Notes: a model not told the origin generated them from the sequence alone. A stretch of DNA of 64,000 bases from Candidatus Omnitrophota bacterium (GCA_963805065.1 CAWDSS010000010.1:728359-792358); one strand, 5' to 3'; counted from the first letter of the stretch, positions 36,866 to 47,178 are shown. Numbers and translations: made by a program.

Positions 36866-38566
36866 CTAGAGAGGTAAAGCTTGATTCTTGGAGAGAGTTT
36901 CTTTGATGTTCTGCCAGATTTGGGTTTGTTTTTCCCAGTCAACTTCGGCAGCAAGAGAGCGGACCTTATATTCGGGAATAAACGAGATAATCTGTTTATC
37001 GCCATTGAGTATCTCATTTTGAATGGCAGGTGCAATAAGTAGCATAGTCATTAGGTGGTCAAGGCGGGCTTGGTCAAAATTAAGCCATTCAGAGGCCTGT
37101 TTAAGGCTCTTTATCTTGCCTTCGTCAAACAGCCTTTGTAATTGGTGTGCTAAGATTAAGTTCCTGCGAATCTTTGGTTCTTTTTCGATTTCCTCTTCCT
37201 TATGCCATTTGTTTAAAGGCCGCACCTGCTTTAAATCAACATCGAACTCAAGCCCAAGATCGCTGCCGTTTAAGACAATCTTGAGTTTTTTGGTATCATA
37301 AGAATAGTTGATTTCTTTGATAAGGGTGCGCAAGATTCGGCGTTTTTCTTGTGGGAATAAAGTATCCCAAACAGGAGACATAAGGGCCTCAATCTCTTGT
37401 TTGTCGGGATGGTCACTTAATTTTCTTTTATCAGAGAAGATCCGCTTTAAGCTATCTATTACGGCATCCTCAATTGCCTGGGCATTGATGGATTTGGTAG
37501 GGCAGGAGTGATAGCCGCGTTTCTGCGCGCTTGAGCAGACATAATAACGGTATTTATGCGTTGGCTTTTTCATCGTATAGGTGTGGTACATAAAGCTTCC
37601 GCAGGTCTTACATTGCAACAGGTGGCTCAATAATCCAGTACATTCGGTGTTCTTTGTAGCCCTGCGCTCAATGCGGTTTTGTTTAAGCTTTTCCTGGACT
37701 TTTTTGTATGTTTCCTCGTTTATTATGGCTTCTTGCTGGCCGTCGTAGATTTGGCCTGCATAGCAGACCTTTCCTAGGTAAAGAACATTGGTTATAATCT
37801 TCTGTATCTGGGTGATGCCGAATTTAAGGCCACCGAATGGCTTCCCGTCCTTGCGGATTCCCGATCTTGACCTATATCCCTTTTCATTTAGGATATTGGC
37901 TACTTTAAGGAGTGAGTTATCTTTGAGATATAAGTCAAAGATCTTACGGACAATCTCAGCTTCAGCCTTATTGATGAGAAGCCTTTTGTTTTCTATGTCA
38001 CGATCATATCCGAATGGTGTCCTGCCACCTAGCCATTTGCCACGCTTCCTTGCTGCACCCATCTTGTCTTTGGTTCTCTCTGAGATAATCTCCCGCTCAA
38101 ATTGGGCAAAGGAAAGAAGTATATTCAAGGTAAGCCTGCCCATAGAAGTATTGGTATTAAAGGCTTGGGTTACGGATACAAAAGTGACACTATTCTTATC
38201 AAAGAATTCAAGCAATTGTGCAAAATCCATCAAAGACCTGCTCAACCTATCAACCTTATAAACAACCACACAGTCTATTCCGCCTGCCTTAATATCCGAC
38301 AGAAGTTTTTGTAGGGCTGGTCGGTCAATGTTTGCTCCTGTAAAGCCGCCGTCATCGTATTGGCCTTGTAGCGCAACCCAGCCCTCATGCTTTTGGCTGT
38401 TAATGTAATTCTCGGCAGATTCGCGCTGGGCATCAAGAGATGTAAAGTCTTGATCTAAGCCTTCAGAAGTAGACTTACGGGTGTAAATTGCGCAGTAGAT
38501 GCGTTTTTTCTGCTGTTTATCTTCAACAGTCATATTCACCTCATAGATTAAAGAAGAGGTAGCCAT
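36866..38566 (-). mobile_element. large serine recombinase (resolvase/invertase N-domain plus recombinase and zinc-ribbon domains)
   Basis: The N-terminal YCAIYTRKSTSEGLDQDFTSLDAQRE contains the catalytic Ser region. The 566-aa size and Cys clusters (CKTCGS...YYVCSS) fit the family. Confidence 0.9.
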
Positions 38567-39008
38567 TCCAGTGTGCTCCGGTTACCTCCTTGGCAATGGC
38601 GCTTAGGCTTTTGTAGGTTTTATTATTGTATTCAAAGCCTTTCTCAAGGATTTTTAATTCATACTTCTTACTCTTATATTCCTTAGTAATGAGCGTTCCG
38701 GGGATAGGGAGGCGTCTATCCCTGCTAGGTTTCTTTTTATCAATCTGCCCATTTCCGTTATCGGGCCGGATGTTAGTATTGTTGACCGGGTCGTATTTTT
38801 TGATTAGCTCTTGGATTTTACCTTGAGTCTCCTCTGAGACATTGCCACATTTCAGCTCCTGTAGGCGATAGGCAATCTTACGCCAGAGAAATACCTTGTT
38901 ATTTGAAGGCGCATTTTGGGATGGGAACAGCTCTTCGTATTTTGCCTTTAGCTCAACGAGAGATTTTTCCTTAAGTTCCATTATTTGAGATAGATTAGTT
39001 TCTGCCAT
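38541..39008 (-). CDS. DUF2924-like protein (common partner of large serine recombinases)
   Basis: The pattern LKAKYEELF....NKVFLWRKIAYRLQE is present, and the gene overlaps the recombinase start. The ATG at 39008 (RBS aagggga) is preferred over the track start at 39062. Confidence 0.65.
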   Translation of the reverse strand: MAETNLSQIMELKEKSLVELKAKYEELFPSQNAPSNNKVFLWRKIAYRLQELKCGNVSEETQGKIQELIKKYDPVNNTNIRPDNGNGQIDKKKPSRDRRLPIPGTLITKEYKSKKYELKILEKGFEYNNKTYKSLSAIAKEVTGAHWNGYLFFNL

Positions 39009-39165
39009 AATTGATCCCCTTTTGTTAGTACACATATGTCCATACAATTCTAGATAAGTCAAGGCAATTAGAGAGGTATTTTTAGTTGTTTAACCTTTTG
39101 AAAAGAGGTATAATTAAGTTGTATTTTACGTGATAAAGGTAAAATAGAGGATTTGATAAAAATAC

Positions 39166-39194
39166 TTGACGATACCACTGTTTTGTTATATAAA
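39166..39194 (+). promoter_or_regulatory. promoter TTGACG-17-TATAAA for the AbiGi-like/PIN-like pair
   Basis: The hexamers lie at 39166-39171 and 39189-39194 with 17-nt spacing. Confidence 0.4.
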
Positions 39195-39252
39195 GAAATT
39201 ACAATTTGCCTAGTGGTATGTTTGAAGGGGGAACTGCCACGTTAAAATAATT

Positions 39253-39297
39253 AAAACCTTCGTTGGGCGAATACGCCTAGCGAAGGTTTTCTTATTT
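39253..39297 (+). terminator. leader hairpin with A-tract/T-tract arms (attenuator or bidirectional terminator-like)
   Basis: aaaaccttcg pairs with cgaaggtttt around an inner ggcg/cgcc stem, followed by cttattt. It lies between the promoter and the ATG at 39311. Confidence 0.45.
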
Positions 39298-39310
39298 GAG
39301 GGGGATAAAT

Positions 39311-40180
39311 ATGAGTAGATTCTATGCCCAAACAGTTCATTCCGATATTCTTATCCATTGGACAGGAAGAGATTTTGATAATGCGGTTCGAGAGAATCTT
39401 TATGATAATCCGGCACGGGACCAGCCATCAAAAACAAAGGATGATTTAAATAAAAGATATATAGAGCGGTTAATCGCCCTTTTGCGTTATGGGTTGTGGG
39501 TTACAGAAGATAAAACAGAGGATTATGTTGTAATAAATAATATAAAATTTGAACTTCCTAAATATCCTCGCGTTTGTTTTACTGAGCTGAAATTATCGGA
39601 ATCAAGAAAACATGCTTTTAAATTCGGAAGATTAGGCATTGGTTTTAAACGGTTATTCGTTATAGGAGCGGGAGGGCATCCGGTTTATTATTTGCATAAT
39701 CAAGGTAAAAGTATGTTTTTCCCATCATCCAAGTCTGAGCTGAAAGAAAGTAAATACGCTTATTTTAAAAGAATGAATTCCGATCCCGGAGATTTAAATT
39801 ACGACCTATTTGCAGAATCGGAATGGCGTATTGTATACGATCCAGAATTGCATTTGGAGAAATATTTTGTTAATCCACGAGGTAATCTAGGAGAAGAATT
39901 TGATAAATACCCATATAAGAAATATTTAGATTTTAAGGACTTCGAGCTGTTCTGTCAGAATGCAAGAGATAACTCTTGCTTGAAATTCCTTTTGCCTTTA
40001 AATGGATGGCTAGCAATGGTTATATATCCAAGTCCAGATGTCAAAAATATGGCAAAAGCCTTAGGTATTCACGATTTAGTCCAGAATATCAAAATGAATA
40101 ATCCACAGTCTATCAGTCCAAGATATGAGCAAGAAATGATGCCAGTAGAGTTGGATTTAGATCTGTGTGATCATTTCTAA
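39311..40180 (+). CDS. AbiGi-like abortive-infection family protein
   Basis: The pattern LIHWTG..., PRVCFTELKLSESRKHAFKFGRLGIGFKRLF....GGHPVYY and ESEWRIVY resembles the AbiGi family. The ATG follows a gaggggg RBS. Confidence 0.5.
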   Translation: MSRFYAQTVHSDILIHWTGRDFDNAVRENLYDNPARDQPSKTKDDLNKRYIERLIALLRYGLWVTEDKTEDYVVINNIKFELPKYPRVCFTELKLSESRKHAFKFGRLGIGFKRLFVIGAGGHPVYYLHNQGKSMFFPSSKSELKESKYAYFKRMNSDPGDLNYDLFAESEWRIVYDPELHLEKYFVNPRGNLGEEFDKYPYKKYLDFKDFELFCQNARDNSCLKFLLPLNGWLAMVIYPSPDVKNMAKALGIHDLVQNIKMNNPQSISPRYEQEMMPVELDLDLCDHF

Positions 40181-40198
40181 TCTGTTATTATCAAGGGT

Positions 40199-41293
40199 AT
40201 GAATATAATTATTGATAGCAATATTATTTGTGCTGATTTTCAATTCAAGGGCAGTTCTTTCCGAGTTTTGTTTGATAGTTCAGATCGAATCGGAGTAAGA
40301 TTGTGCATACCGCAGTTAGTGGTCGATGAAGTAAAAAACAAGTATGCTGAATGTTTTTGGGAAAACAAATCTAAAATAGATCGTATTATGTTAGATTTTA
40401 AACGGCTAACCGGGGAATTAATAGCTAATAGCGTTAGCGAAGATTTTGTGAAAGGAAAAGTAAAAAATTATAATCAAATGCTAATGAATAAATTATCTGA
40501 ACTGGAAGCTGTTATTCTAAAATACCCTACAATTTCCCATGAACATCTGGTGCAGCGAGCTTTATCAAGAAGAAAACCCTTTTCAGAAAGCGGCAAAGGT
40601 TATCGTGACACACTTATATGGGAAAACCTGGTTGAATTAATGACAGAGAATAAAAATGAAACAGTTTATTTTATAAATGCGAATTCACATGATTTCTGCG
40701 ATAAAGAGTTTGCTCTGCATCCGGATTTGATTACAGACCTTGAGAAAAGAGGACTCAACCCTAAAAATATTGTATTATTCAATAGTTTAGAAGGGTTTAT
40801 TAATGAACATATTAAACCAACTCTCGAAGCTTTGGAGAACATAAAAAATCAGCTTCTGTCCCGAAAACCTCCTAACATTACTTTGCATGATATGATTTTA
40901 GAGAAAATTGACGAATTGCTTCCCGGTAAAGACGTAGATCCTTCAGAGCTTGATTTTCCCCGGGAATATGAAAATCCTACAATTGCCTCCATCCAGGATA
41001 TATATAATATTGAAGTGATGGATGTGCGTAAATTGCATTCCGGAGAAATATATTTGATTGCAGAAATGGATGCGGAATGCGAATTTGATTTTTTCATTTT
41101 TAAATCAGATTTTTACGTAATGAACGAAGAGAAGATACCTTTTATATGGGATTACAATTGGAATGAACATTATGTTGCGGCATCTGGGTCTAGTCAGATT
41201 CACGTCATGCTTTATTTGACTTTTGATACTAAGCTCGAAGAAATTACTTCATTTGAGATGGGAACTATTATGGGGGTTTCTAGAACCGAATAA
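40199..41293 (+). CDS. PIN-like domain protein (DUF4935-like)
   Basis: The N-terminal strand is IIIDSNII. The segment GKGYRDTLIWENLVEL....VYFINANSHDF matches the DUF4935 PIN-like pattern as I recall it. Confidence 0.5.
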   Translation: MNIIIDSNIICADFQFKGSSFRVLFDSSDRIGVRLCIPQLVVDEVKNKYAECFWENKSKIDRIMLDFKRLTGELIANSVSEDFVKGKVKNYNQMLMNKLSELEAVILKYPTISHEHLVQRALSRRKPFSESGKGYRDTLIWENLVELMTENKNETVYFINANSHDFCDKEFALHPDLITDLEKRGLNPKNIVLFNSLEGFINEHIKPTLEALENIKNQLLSRKPPNITLHDMILEKIDELLPGKDVDPSELDFPREYENPTIASIQDIYNIEVMDVRKLHSGEIYLIAEMDAECEFDFFIFKSDFYVMNEEKIPFIWDYNWNEHYVAASGSSQIHVMLYLTFDTKLEEITSFEMGTIMGVSRTE

Positions 41294-41378
41294 CAAACCA
41301 TTTTTATCGCGCAAAAACTAAACACATTAAAACGATATATTATAACTAATATTTACAGGGCAAAGCGGATCAACTCAC

Positions 41379-41837
41379 ATGGAAATTTCTGGTTTCTCTA
41401 ACTGGATAAAATGGAAAGATCGTGTTAATTTAGAAGGCTTTGATTATCCAGGTGTTTATGCTTTAGCTATCTCAACTAAAGATATATCCGGTGAGCCGTT
41501 TTCGCTGATACAAGAAATCGAATATTTTGGTATGACGAATCGAAATAGGGACGGTTTAAGGGGCAGGTTAAATCAGTTTGAAAATACTATAAAAGGCAAA
41601 AAGGGGCACGGAGGGGCGCTTAGATTTCTGTGTCACTATAAAAATCAAGAAGATTGGATAAGCAATTTATATCTATCTGTAAACTATGTTAAATGTGACG
41701 TAACAACATTCAATCCATCTGATTGGAGAAAGATGGGAGAAATTGCTAAATTTGAATATATCTGTAATGCTGAATACCTTGAGAAGTTTCAAATATTGCC
41801 TAAATTTCACGATAAGCTAAAATCGCCTAAACATTAA
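41379..41837 (+). CDS. GIY-YIG-like nuclease domain protein
   Basis: It contains YPGVYAL ... IEYFGMTNRNRDGLRGRLNQF (a GIY...YIG...R arrangement). Confidence 0.4.
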   Translation: MEISGFSNWIKWKDRVNLEGFDYPGVYALAISTKDISGEPFSLIQEIEYFGMTNRNRDGLRGRLNQFENTIKGKKGHGGALRFLCHYKNQEDWISNLYLSVNYVKCDVTTFNPSDWRKMGEIAKFEYICNAEYLEKFQILPKFHDKLKSPKH

Positions 41838-41903
41838 CCCCTGACTGTGTAAAATTATCTCCTATATTAAGGCGGTTTTCATAAACATGAAAGGAGAAAC
41901 TAC

Positions 41904-42947
41904 ATGTCTATAGTCAATCCAGATAACAAGAAGATGGTATTAAGCTGTGACGGTGGCGGTATTCGCGGCATTATTATAGCAAGATGCCTTCAAAAATTGG
42001 AAGAACTTGAGCATAAACGCTGCAATGAAATCTTTTCCCTCATGGTAGGTACAAGTACTGGTGCAATTATTGTAGGAGCCTTGGCAAAGGGTATGCCTGC
42101 TAAGGAATTGGTCGAGCTTTACTTAAAAAGAGGAAAGGAAATATTCACAAAAACGCCCTGTTTATTGACAAGGTGGTGGAGATGGAAATACACAAAAATA
42201 GGAGTAAGGAAGGTTTTTAAGCAGATTTTCGGTGATACAGCGCTTGAAGATCTTCCAGTGGAGATATTAATTTCCTCTACGGATACGGTACGCGGGGAAA
42301 CCATGTTTTTTGAAAAGCATAAGACATTCGGCAAGATGCTTTTAAGAGAAGCAGTCGAATCAAGCATGTCTGCCCCTACGTATTTCGAACCCAATGGCAG
42401 GTATATAGATGGTGGAGTGGGCAGTTTTAATAACCCTTGTTATCAGGCTGCAGTTGAAGCAGTGCATTACCTTAATTACCCAAAACAGAACATTAGGATA
42501 TTGTCTTTCGGCACCGGCAGGGAAATGAACAATATGAAGGAAGGTGAGGCTGAGAAGAAAAACATAATTGGCTGGTGTCTCTATGTGATTGGTGAAGGAA
42601 TGGATGATGCTAATGAACAGCAGGTAGAGTTGGTACGAAGAGAATATCGGGCACGAAAAGAAGTGGAATTTAGAAGATACCAACTTTCCTTTAATAATCA
42701 GGTTTTTACCCAGATAGGTGTTCCGCTTGATAAAGTCAAAGATCCCAGAATCTTTGCAATGGATGCCGTTGAACACGTTGGAATCCTTAATATGATAGCT
42801 GAGAAATTTGTTCAGTGTATCAATTTCACAGAGAAAGACGGGGTAGAATTAGGAGTAAAGCCTAGGCTCCAGATAAATGACTACAATAGATATTTAAAAG
42901 GATTTCAACCCATAAAGCCCAAGTCGCGGTTTAAGATATTATCATAA
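41904..42947 (+). CDS. patatin-like phospholipase (cytoplasmic type)
   Basis: It has CDGGGIRG, the nucleophile motif GTSTGA and the catalytic IDGGVGSFNNP. Confidence 0.85.
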   Translation: MSIVNPDNKKMVLSCDGGGIRGIIIARCLQKLEELEHKRCNEIFSLMVGTSTGAIIVGALAKGMPAKELVELYLKRGKEIFTKTPCLLTRWWRWKYTKIGVRKVFKQIFGDTALEDLPVEILISSTDTVRGETMFFEKHKTFGKMLLREAVESSMSAPTYFEPNGRYIDGGVGSFNNPCYQAAVEAVHYLNYPKQNIRILSFGTGREMNNMKEGEAEKKNIIGWCLYVIGEGMDDANEQQVELVRREYRARKEVEFRRYQLSFNNQVFTQIGVPLDKVKDPRIFAMDAVEHVGILNMIAEKFVQCINFTEKDGVELGVKPRLQINDYNRYLKGFQPIKPKSRFKILS

Positions 42948-43063
42948 GGGGTGATTCAAACACACGCAGCTCCGCACATCTCTGAGTTATTGGTACAGTT
43001 TAAGAAGTCTGACAACCCGGAAAAAGAAAACACGGATAACTTACATGAAATGAGGTTTAGAAC

Positions 43064-43948
43064 ATGAGCAAAGAGTATCAATATGATGTAGTTTTAAGTT
43101 TTGCTGGAGAAGATAGATCTTATGTCGAAAAGGTTGCAGAATTTTTGAGGACAAAAGGTTTGCGCGAATTTTATGACCAATTTGAAGAGGTAAGCTTGTG
43201 GGGCAAGGATCTTGTCGCCCACCTTGATGATATTTACAGAAATAAGGCATGTTATTGCGTGATGTTCATATCAAAGCATTATGCTCCTAAAAGTTGGCCG
43301 AAAATGGAAAGAAGAAGTGCCTTTGCGCGCGCTTTGAGTGATGAAGGATATATTTTGCCCGCTAGGTTTGATGATACAGAGATCCCTGGTTTACCGCCGA
43401 CCATTCATTATATAGATTTGAGGCAAAAAACTCCTGTAGAATTAGGCGAGCTAATTATTCAGAAGCTTAAAAAGACACCTAGTTCCGCAACTATTACAAA
43501 CACTCATTCGTCTTTTCGCCGTCCTAAAGTAACAAAGGCGTTCGATCCTTATAAAGAATCCCAAGCCTGGATAGATTATTTAATGCTCGAGTTAGAAAAA
43601 AGAAGTAAGGATTCAGAAATATCGTTCAGTCATTTTCCCAGAGATGGTAAGCAGTGTTTAAGATTCGTGGTCAACGGGAAACCCGTCTACTCAATAAACA
43701 TACAATTGGGTGGGTTTTATCGTGATCACGGCTTAAGCTTCAGTTACGCCCATGGGGAAATGCAAATGACTTCCGGCTATAATGCTTTTGCGGATTTTGA
43801 ATGGGATAAAGAAAAAGAATGTGTTGTTTTAAAGCTCAATGATTTTAGTGCATTTTCAGCTGGCAGTTCAATACAGAATTTCACTCAGCTTGAGTTTCTT
43901 GAATATATCTGGGGAAAGGTATGTGACGCTGCTGAAGAAAAGTATTAG
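43064..43948 (+). CDS. TIR domain protein with an uncharacterised C-terminal domain
   Basis: YDVVLSFAGEDRSYVEKVAEFL...VMFISKHYAPKSWPKMERRSAF is a canonical bacterial TIR pattern that includes a candidate catalytic Glu. Confidence 0.8.
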   Translation: MSKEYQYDVVLSFAGEDRSYVEKVAEFLRTKGLREFYDQFEEVSLWGKDLVAHLDDIYRNKACYCVMFISKHYAPKSWPKMERRSAFARALSDEGYILPARFDDTEIPGLPPTIHYIDLRQKTPVELGELIIQKLKKTPSSATITNTHSSFRRPKVTKAFDPYKESQAWIDYLMLELEKRSKDSEISFSHFPRDGKQCLRFVVNGKPVYSINIQLGGFYRDHGLSFSYAHGEMQMTSGYNAFADFEWDKEKECVVLKLNDFSAFSAGSSIQNFTQLEFLEYIWGKVCDAAEEKY

Positions 43949-43960
43949 CAAGGAGGTAAT

Positions 43961-44104
43961 ATGAAAAAAGCAAAATTTAAATGTAAAAGATGTAGACACA
44001 CATTTGTTGTCGAAATATTTGAACTGGGAGAAGCCGAAGCCACGAGAAGGCCGACATCTCCAGTTTGTTGTCCTGAATGCGGAGGTCCGGTGGAAAGAGC
44101 ATAG
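43961..44104 (+). CDS. 47-aa zinc-ribbon protein (CxxC...CxxC), not in ORF track
   Basis: An aggagg RBS lies at 43951-43956. The peptide is MKKAKFKCKRCRHTFVVEIFELGEAEATRRPTSPVCCPECGGPVERA. Confidence 0.5.
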   Translation: MKKAKFKCKRCRHTFVVEIFELGEAEATRRPTSPVCCPECGGPVERA

Positions 44105-44153
44105 GCTTTCAAATAAAACGCAGAGTTTTTTTGTTCGGAACTAAGGCAAAACA

Positions 44154-44996
44154 ATGAGTATTAAAGTTTATTTAGATAATAATTTTTTTGATGAATATGA
44201 TAAATGCCGGGATTTATCTTTGAAATCAAAGATTAAGAGTGCATTTCAAGCAAAGGGGCTATCTTTTTACCCTTCTTGCGAGCTATTGAATGAAATGGTG
44301 AGAATTTTAGAATCTAAGAAACGAAAGGATTTATGGCCAGAAAGAAGAAAATTACTTTGGGATTTAAAACCACAAAGATTTTTTAATTATTGGGGAGATA
44401 TTGTTAAAGCTGAGGTTTTGGGTATGCCAGGCTCTATCTATTTAACTAAGGGCCAAGAAGAACAGTTAAGGAATATTTTATTTCGAATTGAGAAAGCAGA
44501 GCATATAATGGAAATTGCTGCTACAGTAAACGAAGCAAATTTAGGTCATTGGAAATGGCATAAGGATCAACAGAATGAAATACGTTTACTGAAAAAGCGG
44601 GGACTTAAAAAAGGTGAAATTAAATCTTTCGATGAATTTAACAAGAGGTATTGGAATAAGTATGGGGTTTCTTTATTGAAAGATATAATTTTCAGAGAAG
44701 AAAAAAACGAAGATAGTGCTCAAATAAAGGCCTGTAGTATTATGAATAGCATAGAGCAGTATCCGTATACTAATGCATTTCTGAGAACTCTTTCAGCTAT
44801 GTTTTTTCGGTATTTTTACGAAGATAGAGAAATCAAGAAAAGTGATTTCTATGATGCGGTTCAGCTTATTTATATGGTTGGTTTAGATGTTTTGATTACA
44901 GGTGACAGACCTTTTGGAGAGCTCTGTAGTTTAGTATTTAGCAACAAAAAGAAAATTTATAGCTTTAATGATATTAATTCTCTGCTTAGTGAATAG
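44154..44996 (+). CDS. hypothetical protein with PIN-like hallmarks
   Basis: It has an N-terminal VYLDNNFF strand and a C-terminal GLDVLITGDRPF. These resemble the first and last acidic motifs of PIN domains. This is weak. Confidence 0.35.
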   Translation: MSIKVYLDNNFFDEYDKCRDLSLKSKIKSAFQAKGLSFYPSCELLNEMVRILESKKRKDLWPERRKLLWDLKPQRFFNYWGDIVKAEVLGMPGSIYLTKGQEEQLRNILFRIEKAEHIMEIAATVNEANLGHWKWHKDQQNEIRLLKKRGLKKGEIKSFDEFNKRYWNKYGVSLLKDIIFREEKNEDSAQIKACSIMNSIEQYPYTNAFLRTLSAMFFRYFYEDREIKKSDFYDAVQLIYMVGLDVLITGDRPFGELCSLVFSNKKKIYSFNDINSLLSE

Positions 44997-45165
44997 GGAT
45001 GTCGCCCCCCAAGAGAAGTGATAATGCTCAACCTATTTAGGATATAATTATACCCCCCTTGTGCAATTAATTTTGAGGGAGGATAATCCATGAGAAATTT
45101 TGTATTACTATTTTAACAAGCTGTTCACTAAGGGAAGGTTATTCCGAAGTTGAAGGAGGAGCAGC

Positions 45166-45882
45166 GTGAGAAGACGAGTATTAACTTTAGCAACATTGTT
45201 GTTATTTATAACCTCGATTGCAGTAGCGCATCAATTGCTATCCACAAAAGAATCTCAAAAAGCTTTTGTTGAGAATGGGAGCATATTTTATTCTCTTGAT
45301 GGCAAGAATAAAATTAAGCTCACAAAGGGTCTGAAAGACAGAGCACCAGTTCTTTCACCTGATGGTAAGAAAGTTGCCTTTTTGAGAAAGTCAAGCAAAG
45401 AGGCGTATTTGGCAGCAGGGGCTCCGGAAGATTATCTTCAGGGAGGGCCTGATGGTATTCTGGCTGATCAGGTTTGGATAGTCGATATAGATGGCAAAAA
45501 TGAGAAAATGCTCGTTCGTGATCGCAACCCAGATGATAGTGGGTTTGATAAATTTAATGGGGAAGATGTTATAGCTCACATTGGTGATAACAGTTTGAAG
45601 TTTTCCCCAGATGGTAAGTCTGTATATTTTATTTCATCAGCTTGGGTAACGTCCGGTGGTTTGCATAGTGTCAATATCGATGGGTCTAATGAACATTTCG
45701 TTACAGCAGCTAATACTTTAGATAGGATCTTAGATAAGGGGGAATACAAAGGCGATCTAGTGATTTCACAACACAGGTATTTCTTGAGAGGGGGTAGCTA
45801 CGATTGGTACTATGTGTTTTCACCTGACGGAAAAGAAATTGGCCCATTAGGAGATGACCTGGGAAAAGTTGAGCCCTTTTGA
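45166..45882 (+). CDS. secreted PD40/TolB-like beta-propeller repeat protein
   Basis: It has a signal peptide, a GTG start after a gaaggagg RBS, and repeated SPDGK motifs (SPDGKKVAF, SPDGKSVYF, SPDGKEIG). Confidence 0.6.
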   Translation: MRRRVLTLATLLLFITSIAVAHQLLSTKESQKAFVENGSIFYSLDGKNKIKLTKGLKDRAPVLSPDGKKVAFLRKSSKEAYLAAGAPEDYLQGGPDGILADQVWIVDIDGKNEKMLVRDRNPDDSGFDKFNGEDVIAHIGDNSLKFSPDGKSVYFISSAWVTSGGLHSVNIDGSNEHFVTAANTLDRILDKGEYKGDLVISQHRYFLRGGSYDWYYVFSPDGKEIGPLGDDLGKVEPF

Positions 45883-46056
45883 TTACGAAAAACAGGCGTT
45901 ACTATCTTAACAAACTGTCCGCTAAAGAGGGGGAAGGTCATAAGGATTAAACTCTATGAGTGCAATATATATGGCTGTAGTTTTGAGATACAAGAAGATT
46001 GATAAGCAGTGTTCTAAAATAGGCGGGTTGTCTTTTAGACTTAAGGAGGTGTTACA

Positions 46057-46464
46057 ATGAGTAAGGTAAAGGTTTTAGCTTCGGTAGTTATTTCTGTAAT
46101 GTTTTGTTCAGTTGTTGCTTTTGGCCAAGATTCTAGCGAGAAGAATCAACCCGTTGCGGAAGAAAAAATGCAAGAAAAACAAATGGATAAGGAACGCATG
46201 GGTGGCATGATAATGCAGATGATGGGTGCGATGCAGAAGCAAATGGTTTCTACAAATGACGGCGGGGTTATTGTTCTGACAGGTAATAAGCTTCTCAAAT
46301 ACGACAAAGACTTGAACCTCGTAAAAGAAGTTGAATTAAAAACCGGTGTTGAATTAAAAATGGATGCCGGGTCTTTGCAGGAAATGATGAAAAGCATGAA
46401 AGAAAAATACGGGAAGAAAAACAAAATGCCGCAAGGAGACAATCAAGAGGCAGAAAAGAAATGA
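46057..46464 (+). CDS. secreted methionine-rich small protein
   Basis: It has a signal peptide and a Met-rich tract ([26 protein letters not shown]). Confidence 0.5.
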   Translation: MSKVKVLASVVISVMFCSVVAFGQDSSEKNQPVAEEKMQEKQMDKERMGGMIMQMMGAMQKQMVSTNDGGVIVLTGNKLLKYDKDLNLVKEVELKTGVELKMDAGSLQEMMKSMKEKYGKKNKMPQGDNQEAEKK

Positions 46465-46877
46465 AATCTCATACTCAATATCTATGGTTTAATACAAAAA
46501 ACCGGCAAGAGTTTATCAATATAACCCCGCAGGTGGAAGAGGCAGTTAAGCAAAGCCAAGTTAAGGAAGGGCTTTGTCTTGTTAATGCAATGCACATAAC
46601 CAGTTCAGTTTTTATCAACGATGACGAGTCAGGGTTACATAGTGATTTTAGCAGTTGGCTGGAGAAACTTGCGCCATATGGCAAAGATAAATATGAGCAT
46701 AACCTTAGCGGCGAAGATAATGGAGATGCTCACTTAAAAAGGACAGTAATGGGTAGAGAAGTAGTAGTGGCGGTTACCAACGGTAAGCTTGATTTCGGTC
46801 CGTGGGAACAGATATTTTATGGCGAGTTTGATGGTAAGCGTAAAAAGCGGGTTTTGATAAAGATAATAGGTGAGTAG
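46461..46877 (+). CDS. yjbQ: YjbQ/UPF0047 family protein (secondary thiamine-phosphate synthase-like)
   Basis: It has family hallmarks ([19 protein letters not shown]..., [11 protein letters not shown], and a C-terminal [12 protein letters not shown]). Confidence 0.8.
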   Translation: MKSHTQYLWFNTKNRQEFINITPQVEEAVKQSQVKEGLCLVNAMHITSSVFINDDESGLHSDFSSWLEKLAPYGKDKYEHNLSGEDNGDAHLKRTVMGREVVVAVTNGKLDFGPWEQIFYGEFDGKRKKRVLIKIIGE

Positions 46878-46908
46878 GACCGGAAAGCGTACAAAAGGAG
46901 CGAATGAC

Positions 46909-47178
46909 ATGGAAATAAAGGTGCAAAAACTTGGGAAAGGTGAGCTTAAGAAGATGGGCGTATTTGCATGGCCTATCTGGACAAAAGAGGTCTCGCGGTT
47001 TGACTGGCATTATGACTCAGTTGAGGAATGTTATCTTCTGGAAGGCGAAGTAATGGTAGAGCCCAAGAATGGAAAGAATGTAAGCTTCGGCAAGGGGGAT
47101 TTTGTGACTTTCCCAAAAGGCCTTTCCTGTACCTGGGATATTAAAAAACCCGTGCGCAAGCATTACAATTTCCGGTAA
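46909..47178 (+). CDS. cupin domain protein (DUF861-like)
   Basis: It carries W...E.CY.LEG.V.V.P..G....F..GD.V.FP.G..C.W.I. The ATG at 46909 follows an aaggag RBS, whereas the track start at 46870 is a GTG. Confidence 0.7.
   Translation: MEIKVQKLGKGELKKMGVFAWPIWTKEVSRFDWHYDSVEECYLLEGEVMVEPKNGKNVSFGKGDFVTFPKGLSCTWDIKKPVRKHYNFR

Noticed and set aside
36751-37035. 94-aa minus-strand ORF overlapping the 3' end of the recombinase gene
   Set aside because: It overlaps the recombinase coding region in another frame and extends into the TGTCCG repeat region. It has no supporting signal.
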